A DNA stretch of 64,000 nt from Laetmonice hystrix (GCA_965235115.1 OZ249436.1:53632001-53696000); one strand, 5' to 3'; shown: positions 1 to 14,631, counted from the stretch's first letter. Numbers and translations are program-made. Notes: generated from the sequence alone by a model not told the origin.

Positions 1-189
1 AAGTGCCATGCAGTAAAATAGCTTTCTTCTTTCATTTTGGACCCTTCTGTTCCACTGCCTCACCTGGGTCTACGTATGCTCAACGTTTGGTTATCAGTAG
101 GGTTCATTAGATGTGTGATTCCCAAGTATGTCACACATTAGGCAGGTTATCCATCAGCAATGTGCACTGAACGGCTCGTTTTGTTTCAG

Positions 190-351
190 ACCAATGAAGG
201 CGCAGTCGAGCAGCTCGAAGAACTGAAGATCCGTGAGGAGGGGGACGACGATATGCCGGTGGTGAGTGGCACAGTTAGAACGTCTGAGGATGATCGGCCA
301 GCAGATGACACAACCGCTGCACTACGAGAGGAGGGAGACCGACATTTGTAG
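190..351 (+). CDS. Terminal coding exon of an unidentified gene entering from the left edge (TNEGAVEQLEELKIREEGDDD...GDRHL*)
   Basis: Acceptor ttgtttcAG ends at 189; open acidic frame to TAG 349-351; followed by about 2.5 kb of repeat-poor, UTR-like sequence with AATAAA at 2845-2850. Protein not recognised. Confidence 0.6.
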   Translation, partial: TNEGAVEQLEELKIREEGDDDMPVVSGTVRTSEDDRPADDTTAALREEGDRHL

Positions 352-3300
352 AGGGTAATCTGTGCTGAGGAAAGAAAAAATTAAAAAATGGGTAGAAAAA
401 AAAAATTGAATCCCTCTTTGGGAAAGTAAAAATGAATTTTTCGTTCTTTCTCTTTTTAAGGGAAAAGAAAGGCAGACTTTAGAAAAAATGTAATTGGAGA
501 AAACTATGAAACTGTGAGCATGAGTTTAAGCATTGTAAAGGAACTAAAGTATGTAAAAGAAATATATATTCCACTGATGTATAACATTGAAAATGAGGAC
601 GTGAGGAACTAAATATGAATATTGTGAAGGTGGAGGAAGTGATGATGTGTTGTGGGCAGCTGTATGATCCATGGTACGACTGTAGTCACTTGCTGATCTG
701 TGTGCATTTCATCTCGTTCATCTTACATGGGAACTTCTTGTCATCATGAGGCATTGTTTGCAACTTAAAGTGGAAAGATGTAGACAACTGAAGATACAAG
801 TGAGAATTGCGTGTTTACTGGTATTATGAATTCTGGGTTAAAACAAGGAAAATATTGGTCAGGCGGTGGCCACCAGTATACTAGCCTTTAGGGCTGGATT
901 GGTTAAAAGCCTGCAACGAATCATAAGAAATTCCAGGGGCCTTTGGCCCTTTGACTAAAATACCAATATTTTAGCCAGGTCGTCTTGGAGTGGCTCTTGC
1001 ATTTAAATATTACAATGAAGTACTTGGAAGTTGAGAGAATAGATTGCAGTACCATGTTCGGTGGTCCCTTCATGTGGTATTTTTCATTCAGTGACCCCTG
1101 GATGGGGGTCTGTCACTTTTTGTCAAACTGACATAGATCGTTTAAAATGTTGGCACTGCATGTATGTGTGAAGCCGGGCACCGGCGCAGTGGACCAGATC
1201 TGCCGTTATTATACACCATCCCACCTAGGCCGTGTTTTAGTGAATCGATTGACAACATTGTGGCTTAGTAAATCGGTAATATGAGCGAAATTGCAACGTG
1301 CATCATGTCATGTAAGTAGGTAACCTTAATGCAGGCTGCTGAATGTGTTTTGAGCTTTTTTTTCACTAAGACGTTTTCATGTGTAGATTTCCAAATCGTT
1401 GCCAGATTGTAAAGTACGTGTATTGTAGTATGTTGCCCATGTTCACTCTGTAGAAAAAAATTGGGGCAAGGGAATATCGTATTTTTGATATATTTTAAGA
1501 TCAGATGCCTTCAATGCTTTAAGGATCTGTTAATCCTATCAAGATCTTCTCTTGTGTTATCTTTATATATATCTATATATGTATTATATATAATAGATAT
1601 ATGAAGGGGTAGTGAGGACGAAATATACTTAGCCAGGGCGCCGTCAGAACGCAATGTGTTGTGGTCAGCTGGTTAAATGTGAAACATGTTAACACTGCAA
1701 AGGCTTTTTATATGGTGGGACATATCGATGTGACTTAGTGGATGCAAAGCAGCAGCAGCAGCAGCAGCGTTAGTTGAAACTGTCTATGTCGGACCTTTGT
1801 TTAGTGAAGAAAATATTATCAGCATTTCGCTGTCCACAAATTTGGAGGATTAGGGCACAAGACTAGGGTCGTTACAGCCTATATGATAAATGTGGTTTTC
1901 GCGCTGCATCAGTGTTCTTGTTGAAGCATAGAGTTCTCAGTGTTTAGGAATGCAGGGTTTATTCAGAGCCCGATGTCTAAGAAAGGAAGAAAAATGCCTT
2001 TCCAGATTGCTTGAACCCTGAATGCATTTAGCCACCAACTGTGATTATTTTTATGCAAAAAAAAAAAAACTGGTTGGCCTCTGATGCGTGGTAAAAACTG
2101 TAGTCCATTAGTGGTAGTACCCGGTAGGATGTACTTGTGTATAGTCTAGCATGGCCAGGTGTACTTTTGGATTAAAATTTACATTTTCACGGTTCTGATT
2201 TTTGCGTGGTCATATCATTCTTACTGTGTATGTGAAGACGGTCGGGAACTCCCAGTAAAAAGTGGAGTGATGAACCGAAGGTGGGGCACAGCAGTGTTAC
2301 CGAGGGCACTCTCCTTGTATGTATGAATTATATAATGGAAAGTAATCGTTTGTAAAGTCCATTTCAGAGCAATGAATAAGATTTTTTGTTAGTAGGCGAT
2401 TAGATGAGCACGCACTCTTTGACATACTCAAGCACTGTGTTTAGAAATCTGTCACTGCCTGAATGAGAAGTCTAGCAGTCCCGTTGTCGCTTGTCCACAC
2501 TTCCGCCTACCTAATAGAAGGATGGTAGCCAGTCCTTGTTAGACTTCTTTTACCAGCATGCTTGCACACTGCCTGAGTGAAGTACCTCTCCCCTCCCCCC
2601 GAAGTACAACTATTTCCCGGTCTCGTGCTCTGTGTAGGAAGTCGGCCCTGTCATGTTGCTATGACTACGTGTACGGTTTGCGAGGACAGACGGTCATTGA
2701 GCTCGTCCCTGTTATTGATAGATTGACAGCTCAGCAGTCGTCGCCTCTCAAGCTACGTCCAGCTGTCCACGCATATATTACACAGGACAAAGTGTTCTTT
2801 TTTAAAAATCTGCTACCGTTGTGTTTCTATGATGCAGACACTGTAATAAAAGCCTATAAAATTGAAATCGTTCGTTTGTTCTATGCTGGCACATTGGTCA
2901 CATAGCGATTGCAGACCCCCCCCCCCCCCCCCACTCAGAAAGATATAATTTTCAGACCAATACGGGCACCAAATTTCTACACGCAGGTCTTTAATCTCTA
3001 GTTTTATTTTCAATATAAGAAGTCACGGCTGTTAGAATGATCGCCAAAAATGTTTTCATATGCTTCATAAATAAAAGCATTTGCAATAGTTTCTTCATAA
3101 TTCACAAGTTATTGATAATAATTTCCTGGCCATTGGTAAGCAAAGTTTCAATAAGTCGAAAGTCCGGGAAGTTTGCCATGTACATTGTATCCATAATCGG
3201 TGACTGCTTTTGAAGAATTGGGTCAGTATTTCTAAAAATATCTTGGAATATATATTTCAGTTGACCTTCCCAGTCTTAGGAAAGGAAACACCCTGAACAT

Positions 3301-6300
3301 TAGGTGAAACTCGATAGCGGTACCATAGAAACCGTCGCAATCGGAGCTGATTTTATCCGGATTTTTTTTGGCTTAGGTGACCTTTAAAAAGGTCAACTAT
3401 CGGGGTTTACAAGATAGCCATACTCGCCATCAAAACTAGATAAACATAAAACAATGGAAATTCAAATACTAAAGTTAGTTGCTACTTTATAAACATTCTG
3501 AATGATCTATGAAGGGATACGGTCAGTCTGGTTATTTTTGATGAAAAAGGTAAACTCGTAAGGGCCTATACGCAGGCAAAATTTTGAGGACATTGAAAAG
3601 CCACAAAAATGGTTTGAATCGTATAATTCGTTATTTATACCGCCAAATGACTGTCGTGTGGTGCGACTACTATCCGGTTTTTGCTAATAAATGGTTAAAA
3701 AGAATTCACGTTTAATGAAATTATTCTATGCCCGTCGTTGCTTTGCAAATGCTGTTATTTACGCATTCACAGACGGGATGCCAACAGTATTCTGGTAGGA
3801 AGACATAAAAGCGACACAAAAAGCGGCATAAAAGCGGGATTTGCACGTCATACACCCGCCACCTGGCGGAACAACTGGCCAGTTTCGTACGTCCTACCAG
3901 AGAACGTATGGCAATGTTCTCTGGTCCTACCATAGGGTCATATTGATCAATATAGACTGTGGTCTTACCGAGAAATTGAAAAAGTTATTCATAGTATTCT
4001 AGGGAAATGTAAAGTGACTCGTCTTACACGGGGGAGCTCGTGATGTAATAATGAAAGGGTGGAGTCCCATTTAAACAACTCTATGATTATCAAATTTCTA
4101 AGCTAAGGATTCTACATAAATAGATCCGACATGATTCGCTGGCTGAGAGCAAGAATATCGTAAGTGCAAAATTGATGTTTTGAGAATTGTCATTATTGCT
4201 CAAAACAATATAATAAATACAATACTCTGCAACATATTACACCACCGTAACTATTATGTACTGTGGATACAATACAGCTGCACAGATGCGTATATTCACG
4301 AGATTTATTAAATGTCCCATTAAACCAATTTGCAGATACAATATTCTTGCTCTCAACCAGCCATACGCAAGCAAGCGAAGACAAACGCACTAATCTTGTG
4401 ATGAGTGAAATCTTTTTAATTGACAAGAAAACGGTTTCGGATGGCCGACTTGTATTTAACATCACAATCTCAAGCAAACTTCTACCCTTAATGTACACAT
4501 GACCTGTGGTATTTTATTCTAATCGTGCTGGCATGTTGCCTGAGCTGCCAATCAAACCGCAACTCCTCAAATATATGAAACGGAAAATGAGCAAACCGTT
4601 TCTTTGGAAATACCAAGTTACCAGTAACTCAGAATCAGATATAACAAAGGTGAACAAATCTTTTTCCTTGGCGTGAATGTTTATTAACCTGTCCACTTAT
4701 TTTTCCGAGAGGCCCACGACACAGCGCACCTCCAATAAATGACATACTGTTTGTGTGATGAATGATTTACAAAAATGGTTCATGGCATCATGAAAAAAGG
4801 TCCGGCTACCGTCTCACGAATAAGCCCATGGGTGTGTGGGGGTGTGGGGATTCTGCCTCCACATCATCAATTATTGCTAGAGGTCAGGTAATATATGAAC
4901 GAATGAATCTCCTACATGGATTTACTATCATGGGTTTACATCAGTTACAAACTATCGCCCCAGATATTGGAGTTAGTTTATACAGGGGCAATCAGTTTGT
5001 AATACTTTCCAAAATGTCTCTATGCCCCTTTATCAGTAAGCCTTAATGGATCTAAATTTAGTGATACATAATATGGTCTCATTTATCACCAATAAAATAT
5101 ACAAATGACACAGCTGCATATAGTCACATGTGTTCACTATGCACTACGAATACCGTAACTGGCCTTTTTCAACCTCAAATTCCCCAAACCAAAGTTGATG
5201 CCACTGGTCGCCCCCAATAACGATTAATGTTACATGCTCCATGAAGCACGAGGTACGGCTGTGAGGTGTAAATAAGTTAATATCCTATAATTAATTAACA
5301 GTTCATCCTTATTTTAGTAATTAGCACGACTTTTTAGATCAGTAGTTTGCAAACTTCGTCCCACCTGCAAACTTATCTACGGTATTATAAAAGAGTAGGT
5401 TATAGACTAACTCAGTACTTGATTAAATTCATTAAAATAATTTTAATTTCAATCTATAAATAAATAAATAATAGGTGCGTAATATTTCGGAACAGCGTAA
5501 CCTTAGCGAGTATGGTGTGCAGGCTGGGAAGTACTGCTGTCGCTGTAGTAGGACTCCCTTTAGGTGGAGGACCTGCCAACCTTTGCTAGAGACAGACCAT
5601 ATGCCAGCAATAAAAACCGACACCTACATTATATAATATCAGAAATGTTCTCAGAAACTTTCGTTTCAAAGAATAGCCATATTCTAGTTTGGACCTGCCT
5701 AACTATCTAGAGTGTGTGGCTGTGGGCCATGTAGGACATCTAGACACAGGACTACTGAGCAGCAGCTTCTTCAAGTCATCGTAATGTAGTATTTATAATA
5801 CCGTGGTACGTAATATTATTACTGGTACATTAGTCTATGATTTCTATTTCCTGTATGAGTGTACAATTCACAGGACCGTCATGGGGGGGGGGGGGGGAGG
5901 GTTGCCTGAAAGAGTGCATCTGTGAAACTTGCTATGAAATTTTTGAAGCACTCTAGGATTACTGTAATTTTTTTAAATTTTCAAATTCTGTGGAAAAAAT
6001 AATTGATAAAAAGAACTCAAATACAGTAACTGATAATTATTCAAACACCCTTTTAGCTTTAGGGAAGGGGAAGGGCAGCATTAGTTTCAGGCCACCATTC
6101 AATCTGCTTCTCTTGTCCTGCAAAAAACATGGCTAATGTCACCTACATTTGTTCTTTAAACTCTTCCTGAAATGTCATCTCCGTCTTTGAAATATTAATT
6201 TAAGAAGCCTTCAGACAGAATCATGCCTTTAAAGTCTCAAACAAGAACTCTATACTTGGCTTGACAATGAGTAATCTCACTGATAAATGTACAAGAGCTT

Positions 6301-6491
6301 CTTTACATCAGTCTAACTATCCTACCTAAAAAATGGATTTCTCAAGTAAACTTCTTCCTAAGTCTAAAGCTGACTCTATGCTGGTGATGATGAGGGTCAG
6401 TTAGACGTTGGGGGAGCAGGGGTAGGAGGTTATATTCTGGGTATGATGTCTAGTGTTGGCAGGGTGTGACTTGGGCAGGGAGCCCAGGCTG

Positions 6492-9400
6492 TCACCTGGC
6501 CATCAGTCCGCCCGTCTCGGAGATGTACTCGTCGAGTACTGTCAATACCTGCTTGCCATCCGCTGACGTCAGTGTGTGAGGCTCGAGCCATGCGTGCCGT
6601 AGCAGGATGCTTCCATGGCCGCACTTTCCTAGGAACACGTATGACCTGAGTGCAGAGATAAAAACATACACTCGCAACACTTCAAAAGAGCAGGATCTTG
6701 TTTTTGACTTTTTTTACGGCAGCATCCCTGCATTGGTGCTGTCCTTTATTGGCAGTGTCCCTCATAAAATTTATCAATAACAGCTCTGAAGAAATTTGAA
6801 AAAATGCCCATTAATTACTAATTACTGCATGTAGCATGTACCGTATTTTATATCTAATTTTAACTGTAGTGTTCTTTTTGTGACCCCCTCTATACAGCAA
6901 ACGTTAGATACCTTACCTATAGAGGGCATAGTGGTCCGTCTCTGCCTGCCTTATTAGTCTTTTCAGCGTATTCATATCTTGAATGGCCTGTGGGATTTAA
7001 ATAACAAATAACACTTGAGTTGGAGGTTGGAAAAGACAATACTGACAGTGGCATTACATTGTTCAGTTTAGCATGATATAGATTCAAAGTGAGAGGAAAG
7101 ACGACTTGTTACCTTGAGTTTATAGTTGTCTATGATCTGCCTCATCAGGATTGGGTTATCGACATCACAGCTGAGCAGTGCTCGTGTCCACTCCTCACAA
7201 AACTGACTGCTCTCTGAAACATGACATCCAAACCCATTGCTACCTCAGCAGCTTCCATGTTACAGATGTACCAATGCCCGATCTCTTAGTGTTCAAATTA
7301 CTCCCTCACAACTTGATAAGGCAATAATTTCTATATACACTGATTGTGCATATGAACTCTAGCTCATGCTCTGCTTTGTGTTCGTCAAAAAAAAGAAGTC
7401 TTTTGTAGTTGTAGAGAAATGTTACATACCAGTTACAAGATGAAGCTAGTGTCAACTGTGTTATTTGTTTCAGCAAGGACTCGACAAAGATATTTTCATG
7501 ACATGGGATTCTAACCTTTAAGATCTCAATTTATGACAATTTGTTTCCAACTGATCACAATAATAGCAAATTGTTAAGTATTCATCAACCATTGACAATG
7601 GCAAAAAGTACCTGGAACTCTGGGTTAAAATGTCTGAGGTAAACACCCACCATGTTTATCAAAGGTATGGCCATCTTTGGTGAGCGTCAATGTTATGGTT
7701 TCGGTGGAATTCTGAGTAGGTAATTCAAGCCGTGACAAGTCGTCGGCACCCAACATTAGAGGTCCCAGATCATTGGACGGTGTGGACGAGTTACTCTTCA
7801 CCTCAGTTGTTAACTGACTGAGTAGTTCTGATAAGCTGCAGCACTCGATAAACCTAGAGAAATTTATACAAATTCAATTCAGAGGGTGGGGCTGGTTTGG
7901 TAAGGGGAGAGAGCTTACAAATGCAATTTGGTCATGCAAACACACATAATTCTACCATAACAAACTGTCAACAAGGCATACTGGGTGGATAGAGATAAAC
8001 CTCAAAGATATAGTGACTTATGGAAACAAAATCAGAAACGACCAATACAGGACCCAGAAAGGCCGATTTAATTTTTATAGTGTTATCTATTCATTTTTAC
8101 CACATAGATTCCTATGTAGTCACAGATAACATTTTCACCTATTCAATACTCTTCTTAGGAATACATAAATTATATAGCAACCAGTTTCTCAGTCAATTTG
8201 AACATATTTATAACACATCCATATTATGATTTTCAGAACTAACTCACTTCTTCATATCCGTGGTAGATTCAACATCTCCAATCACATTTACCCTGCAGTC
8301 AAGCAAAGCCTTTGAAAGAAAGCAAAAACATATAATTTCTCAAATTTCTAATTTGCAGGAGTTGCAATTCAGTTGATCTTTTTAATTTAAATGGGGTACA
8401 TTGTATGGGTCAGGGCAGTTAGCAGCCATAATGTCAAGAAGCTGTACAAAGTGACAAACCTTCACAGCAATATCAAAACATTTGGATTGTTTTGTATAAG
8501 CAGGAAAACTGGTACTAAGCTTCCTTCAAGCAAAATAAGCAAAGGCGAATAGCTAACTTTTACAATCATGGAATATCTAAATCACTAGGCAACTATCTAG
8601 CCAGCAAACATCAACCGGTTTTCTCACCTTCATTGGCGATATCATAGATCATTTCAAAATTCATAAGTTTCCCTTTAACACGATGAGACTGTCTTTGTAC
8701 AAGTTAAATTTCAATTTAGGATTCCAAATTAAATAAAAATGATTAAATCATTCAATTTAACTGTACACACATTTCAGGGTGTACTCTATCAGTATACTAC
8801 TACTTACTGCATGAATAAGATACTTGATATCTTCACCAAGTCTACTGACACACCGGCAGACAAAGTGCATCACATCCTGGGGCCAGCACTCGAGGTGAGG
8901 ACGCAACACGATGTCAGCATTTATAACCTATAATGAAGTATATAGTAACTAAATTTGTCACAGAATAATGAGAGAAACATACTAGCCCAGTCTCGGAGTC
9001 TTCACTAAGGGCAGTACTCATGCCAAATGTTTTTGAGTGGTTGTAACTTCTGATGAATTGCATGATGATATTTCATACATGTACATTGCAGCTCTTTTTA
9101 AAATTAAACAAATTTAGAAGCGCAGATAAAAAGAGAAAATAAGTTACTGATAAGTGAATTAATGGTGCATTTAATCCTGTGTGGCATACTTAAAAGTACG
9201 GGTTGCTTAAACATTCTAATATTGGGGAACATAAAATTAAACAGGAGGATTGTTTCAATAAGCACGTTAACTTTACTTCACCCACTCTTAATATCTATGT
9301 CTAGTGAAGAGAAAGAATGCAGTCCACAAACTGATCGAGATCGACGCCTTCCATTCACTTTCTATTCTTAAATATGTCTTGAAGAGGTTTGCTTAGAATT

Positions 9401-12400
9401 AAGAAGAAAGCTGTGAATTCTTCAGAAGCATCAGGTGATCTAAACCATTGTAGGGTCAATCATGAGGCCATGATTTGTGATCACATATCAACGAAGTATC
9501 AAATGAGTTTAAAAATCCCAAATGTAGCTTTAGCTGTGTTTTAAAAGTTTAACGTTGGTATTTCCTTAAGTATTTTTCTAGGAAGCCTTATTTAAAGAAA
9601 ACCCCTGTGAATTCTTCCTTACTGCAACCAAAAATAACCAAACCTACCATGGTAAGTGACAGAAAATGAGTTGTAAAGGACTGACCTTAGCACATATACA
9701 CATACACCGTAATGCATTTAACATTGAAACTGAAAGTATGATGCACTTTCCATGAGGACACATAGACCTGTACTAGAGGCTACAAAGGGAAACAAGACTT
9801 TACTAATCATGTGCATACATAGTGTCAATATTAGAAATGGTCCAGAATCCAACCCCCTCCTCCCCTGTTTGAATTTGTCCTGTGCAGACTTGATGTTGTC
9901 ATGATAAAAAAAGGGAAAATGAAGAGATGTGCAACTACAGGCGAGAACCTATGGCATGTCTACCTGATTGGCATCTTCATCATCATACTTCAAGACAGGC
10001 TGAAAGAGTGTTCACACAAACATACATGTTCACAGTCGTGTAGTCCTTATCTGGAGAACTAGAACTGAGTACTTCATAGTCAGGCATGTTTGCTTGATTG
10101 AACTAGTCTTCAACATGTAGGTCTTACTTCATGCAACAGCAAATTCACACCAGATCTACGAAATTAATCTCATCTCATTATAAATGTTATCAAAAACTTT
10201 ACGCATACAAAAGACAATGCTCTAAATAAGAAAAACAACTTACATCTGTGTCCAGTTTTGCCAGTAAATTTTTGCTATAGGTGTCAAGTTCTGGTTTGAA
10301 GGTGACTGCTGGTTAAGGTCTATTCTCATTTTAACAAAAGTAATAAAAACCACTGAACGGTACTAGCAGTAATCCTGTATTTGTCTACAGAGTACACTAT
10401 TAATGTACCTAGCCTTGGTCAATCATTCTAAACATCAGCTCTTGCCACATTTGGTAAGACTTGCCAAGACTATGTATTGACTAGAGATGGACCCGGGATA
10501 CGATAACAACTAAATGTGTGTATATTTAGGCATTTTCTTCTTTAAGAGGAAAACATTTTTCCCAGTGATTCTGATTGCAATGACCTTCCATGTACATGTA
10601 CTGGGTAGTTGTTGTTTCCCAATTTAAACAAATTTTGAGGGCTAAGACTTTTTAATATAGAAAGGATATAGGTCAAGTGTGACATCGCCTGCAGTAAGAA
10701 AGCAGATGACAAACTCGTTGGAGCAGTAGCTGTCTCCCATGGCCGAGGCCTTTAGGCGGCCCAGTTCTGGAATGATAGCTGCTCCTTGACGTAGCAAACA
10801 GTAGTAACAGGTGGCCATGGCCTCTTCCCCATCATCAACTCTGCAAAAACAATCTCTCCTGACAAAGTCACAATTTTAAACACATTTATTAGGGATCTAA
10901 CATTTGACCTAGGTCCTCCTCATGATTTAGCTGAAGAATATGTAATCCCTCATGTATATTAGCTGTCAAAAGTAAAACTCACTTTGAATGCAAGCACACC
11001 ACAGCTTCCATAGAGTAAGTGTGCTATATTATAAGAAGTGCATAGTTGTACTTACTGTAATTCGAGAGATGAGATGTTACCCGTGCCACTGTATACAGTG
11101 CCTCTACTCAAACGTTTGGCGACAAACCATCTTAGTTCAGCCTCATTTTCTGGCTTCAGTCCACTTGACACCAATGACAAACTGAAATATAAGTTATGTA
11201 ACTTATGTTGAAACTCACTTCATGTTTTACTACACACACAGTAATTCACTATAGACGATGCTTTACAACTATCTCCAGTAACAAGGACCTGTAGCTATGA
11301 GAAGTCATCTTCTTCCTCTCAAATAAACCTGGAGATACGGAACCTACATCAGCCTCGTTTGACACCTGTCAGTTTCTGTCAGTATTACATTGAACTACAA
11401 TGTTAATGATATCAAGTTTGCAAATTCAGTTGTAGAATTCTTATCTTTAGAGGATCACAGATTATGATTTGGAATTACAATGGGCCAAATTTGTTCTGCC
11501 TAGTCTCTGCATTTGTAAGAAGCAACCTTTGATCTGGCCACAGATCTGACTGCTAATTCATTGGGCTGACTTCCACTTAAAAAATCAGCCACAAAAAATA
11601 ACACAATCATAAACAATTTTAGTTTCCCTATACTGATATCTACTGATGAAGTAAAAATGTGCAGAATACCAACTGCCTGGAGCATACTTAGACATACCTA
11701 AAATTACCATCTGCTGTGGCCTCTTTCTGAAGAAAGTCGGGGACTGTTGCCTCTCCTGGATCATCTTCACCTCCTAAAGCTCCAGATTCATTCGGCCTGA
11801 ATACCAGTCATAAAACGTTAACCTCTCATTTTACAACCAATTTGGAAAAACGTATGGTATTGTGCAACATATTATCTGAGCTTCAATTCACTATTTTTCA
11901 GTAATTATTTTTGGGAATCAGTGTTAAGAGTAGAAAGGGTTTATCTTTGTAAAAACTGAATTTGTCTCTTTTCCTTGGTTAATCAAGTCCATGGAAAATT
12001 AATTTACATTCTTTGCACATCACCAATGCGCTTTTTGTGTGCATTTTAAAACACTGTTATGGGAAATCTTAGATGTGGTTGGCCTATTTGACTTTTGGCA
12101 GTGTATATTTAGCCTGCAATGGGGCCCAGCAATGGCTTCAGGATAGAACCACTCAGAAGTGGAAGTTGATCGAATGTTAGTGTTACTGCACATCAGCATG
12201 GTCTTTTTTTCCAGCTAAATATTGATCTGCACTATCTTTACTTCTACTATAGCGCGTGTCACCAAGTTAGGAACTAAAACATCATGTTGCCCTGACATTT
12301 TTTGTGCCGGTGCTAATATCTCAGCAACTATTGGGTCTACAGTATTCAAATAAACACCATTCTAGACCTTAGACTTAGATCTACGTAATTCACAACATGA

Positions 12401-14631
12401 CACCTGTCTAATCTTCAAATCCTACAAGCTAGCAGTGTGTGAAGAACTACAAAAACTTGCCGAAATTTTCCGTTTTCCTTGACTCTGCACCAGTAAATGT
12501 GTCGCTGCAGTCATCGTATTCAACTTGACACATCCTAACTTGCATGCTGGTTTCAAAATTAAATTCCCGATCGAATGGTACTACAGTCATATTTATAGCT
12601 TCAATTTTGCCAGCAGTAGCAGCAGCACACTGCGAGATCGAAATTTGCCGTTTTTGTACGTTTATAGGTCAAAACGTCACAGATGCATTGTCAGAAGTCA
12701 CAGAAGAGCAACGTCATTGCTAATTTTCAATGATAAGTTAAGGTCCAAAATTTTTTACAACATACTATTATATGTCTTTTTAAAGGGAATCTTTTTCTGT
12801 TTTCCACTGTATTATTTTTTTCTAATGCTGGGATATTTTGACCTTGTAAGAGCTTCCTGTTTGGCATAATGTTAACTGCCAGGATGTCGACCTCATCATG
12901 TTTATCATCCGGGTCACAGCTGTCAAAACTTGTCACAAAAAGTCCTATGTAAAGTTGATGTTTTCTCAATAAGAAAGTTTGCGATTGAGCTCAAACTTTC
13001 TGGCCCTTTACCTGAGATGAGTGTAAAGCCTCTCTGTGAGTTTGAATCATAGCAGATTTCCAGTTTTTGTACAAGCAGCATTATGCCTGCTGCTAGCACT
13101 GCGAAGTCTGACTCTGCTGTGACGTCGGCGGCCATGAGATGGGCCATGTGTTTGACTAAAAGTCTGGGTTGTCATCGTGTTTTCTTACTAATATAATAAA
13201 ATCTTGCACGATAAAAATTTTGAACTGGGTTATTATTATGATCATACACTATTTTATAATGTTAGAAGCTTTTATTAAAATTTAAGAATGGTAACCCTGA
13301 ATTTGTTGGGGATCAAATGAGCTACCCGCGACAGTTCCTAACTTGCTGCAAAGGACTATAGCTATAGCCTATGCCAGTGGCGGATCCAAGGGGGGGGGCA
13401 AAAGGGCCATGGCCCCCTAAAATTTTTCTAATGTACCAAATTGCATCCTTTTATCAAAATTTTCTAAAGGAGGCCCCCAGACCCACCCCCACCCCCCCGT
13501 CGGAGGGAATATCCCTCCCACTGGTGCCATCCCCCACCGGCTGGTGCCTGTCATATTGGTACAACACCAAATTTCAGCTGGATAAAATCAACTTTGGGCC
13601 CCCTAACTGAAAATACTGGATCCGCCCCTGTATGCAATAAATCTTTCTGCCACATTTTTCCTGTTGGTTGAGATAACCATCATATGCAGTGTTCTTGCCA
13701 GCCTTTTTTGCGTAGCGGGCTGCAACGCTGTTTTTTCTAGGCTGCTATGCTCTCTTAGAGGCCGCTACACTGTCTCTTGAAATGCGTAGGCTGTAGCGGC
13801 AAAAACTGTCTTGTCTAAATTCAACAGAACCCACAGGAATACCGGTACTGGTCAAATCTCGCTTGTTTACTGTCCAGTTTAGCGGACCTTTCTCATCTGA
13901 CTATCTAGACTGCAAGATAAGGCTCTAAAATAGCCTAAATTTCCAGAGCTTGGGAGGGGTGGGTTGCCCCTCCTGTACCCCTAACCAGTGCTCTGCCCTT
14001 GATTTGACCACTAAGCACTACTGCACTCTAGTACACTACGCTGTCAAAAATTTCTGGTGAGAACCCGGTCCCTGAGTGGCTGAGCCTGATAGTGATACTG
14101 ATGATAGTGATTATACCAAGTCTGTCCAACGACTCGTTGGTGACTTGGTCTGTCCAAGCAAAAGTCACTCACACTCACTGTTCTACTTATTGTTACACAC
14201 TACAAACTACGGCTACGTATTCAGGGGGCAGGCTTTAGTGTAGACTCCCTCAGTGAGTCAGTCACTCTGACACTGCCAGCAAGAATGGTACACTCGACTA
14301 TTCTTTTTTGCTGACACTTGACAGTGGTACGACACTCGTCGACATGTCAAGTGCAGTGGCAGTGACACAGTGACAGTAACAACACAACAGTACAGTGTGC
14401 AGTGCCACTGCCAGTGACTTTCAGTTTCAATGATGTGGCACTGGACTTCAAGCAGTCTCGTAACATAATCGACCATATCCTAGAATATAATATATGTATT
14501 ATGCATAATCATTCGTGGACAGACCTATTAGCATGGTAACGATATAATGCATAAGCTGGAAAACGTGAAGTGGCTGTCTTGTCTCCTTGTTTTGGAGTGG
14601 TTTCCCCTCCCACCTTATCCTCCGCCGCCAT
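6492..14631 (-). CDS. C17orf75: Protein Njmu-R1 (C17orf75) orthologue, 11 coding exons, 423 aa
   Basis: Exons (minus strand): 14631-14525, 11796-11698, 11181-11056, 10840-10670, 10301-10244, 8927-8808, 8309-8248, 7853-7651, 7213-7113, 6987-6917, 6645-6492. All phases are compatible (1272 nt). Translation includes NFSLSLVSSGLKPENEAELRWFVAKRLSRGTVYSGTGNISSLEL, TCYYCLL, EFVICFL, LDLFKPELDTY, FCEEWTRALL, ILMRQIIDNYKLKAIQDMNTLKRLIRQAETDHYALYRSYVFLGKCGHGSILL, matching recalled vertebrate Njmu-R1 blocks (ELRSFIAKRLSRG, CYYCLF, LELFRLELDKY, NFKLKAIQDTNNLKRFIRQAEMNHYALF). Confidence 0.93.
10302..10669 (-). other. U12-type (minor spliceosome) AT-AC intron, intron 4 of C17orf75
   Basis: Minus-strand 5' end ATATCCTTT (10669-10661), branch site CCTTAAC (10318-10312), 3' end TCAC (to 10302); splicing here restores ...VTLDL-FKPELDTY in frame. 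Confidence 0.92.
13375..13630. mobile_element. hAT-like MITE with 5-bp TSD, in C17orf75 intron 1
   Basis: Ends CAGTGGCGGATCCA ... TGGATCCGCCCCTG; TATGC duplicated at 13370-13374 and 13631-13635. Confidence 0.8.

Noticed and set aside
2558..2905. 115-aa ORF and most other 60-130 aa ORF-track entries
   Set aside because: Non-ATG starts or no splice or homology support; they lie in UTR, intron or repeat sequence and are expected by chance.
6430..6624. ORF MRPWKHP... as the last exon of C17orf75
   Set aside because: Wrong frame; splice phase and homology select the frame ending at 6492.
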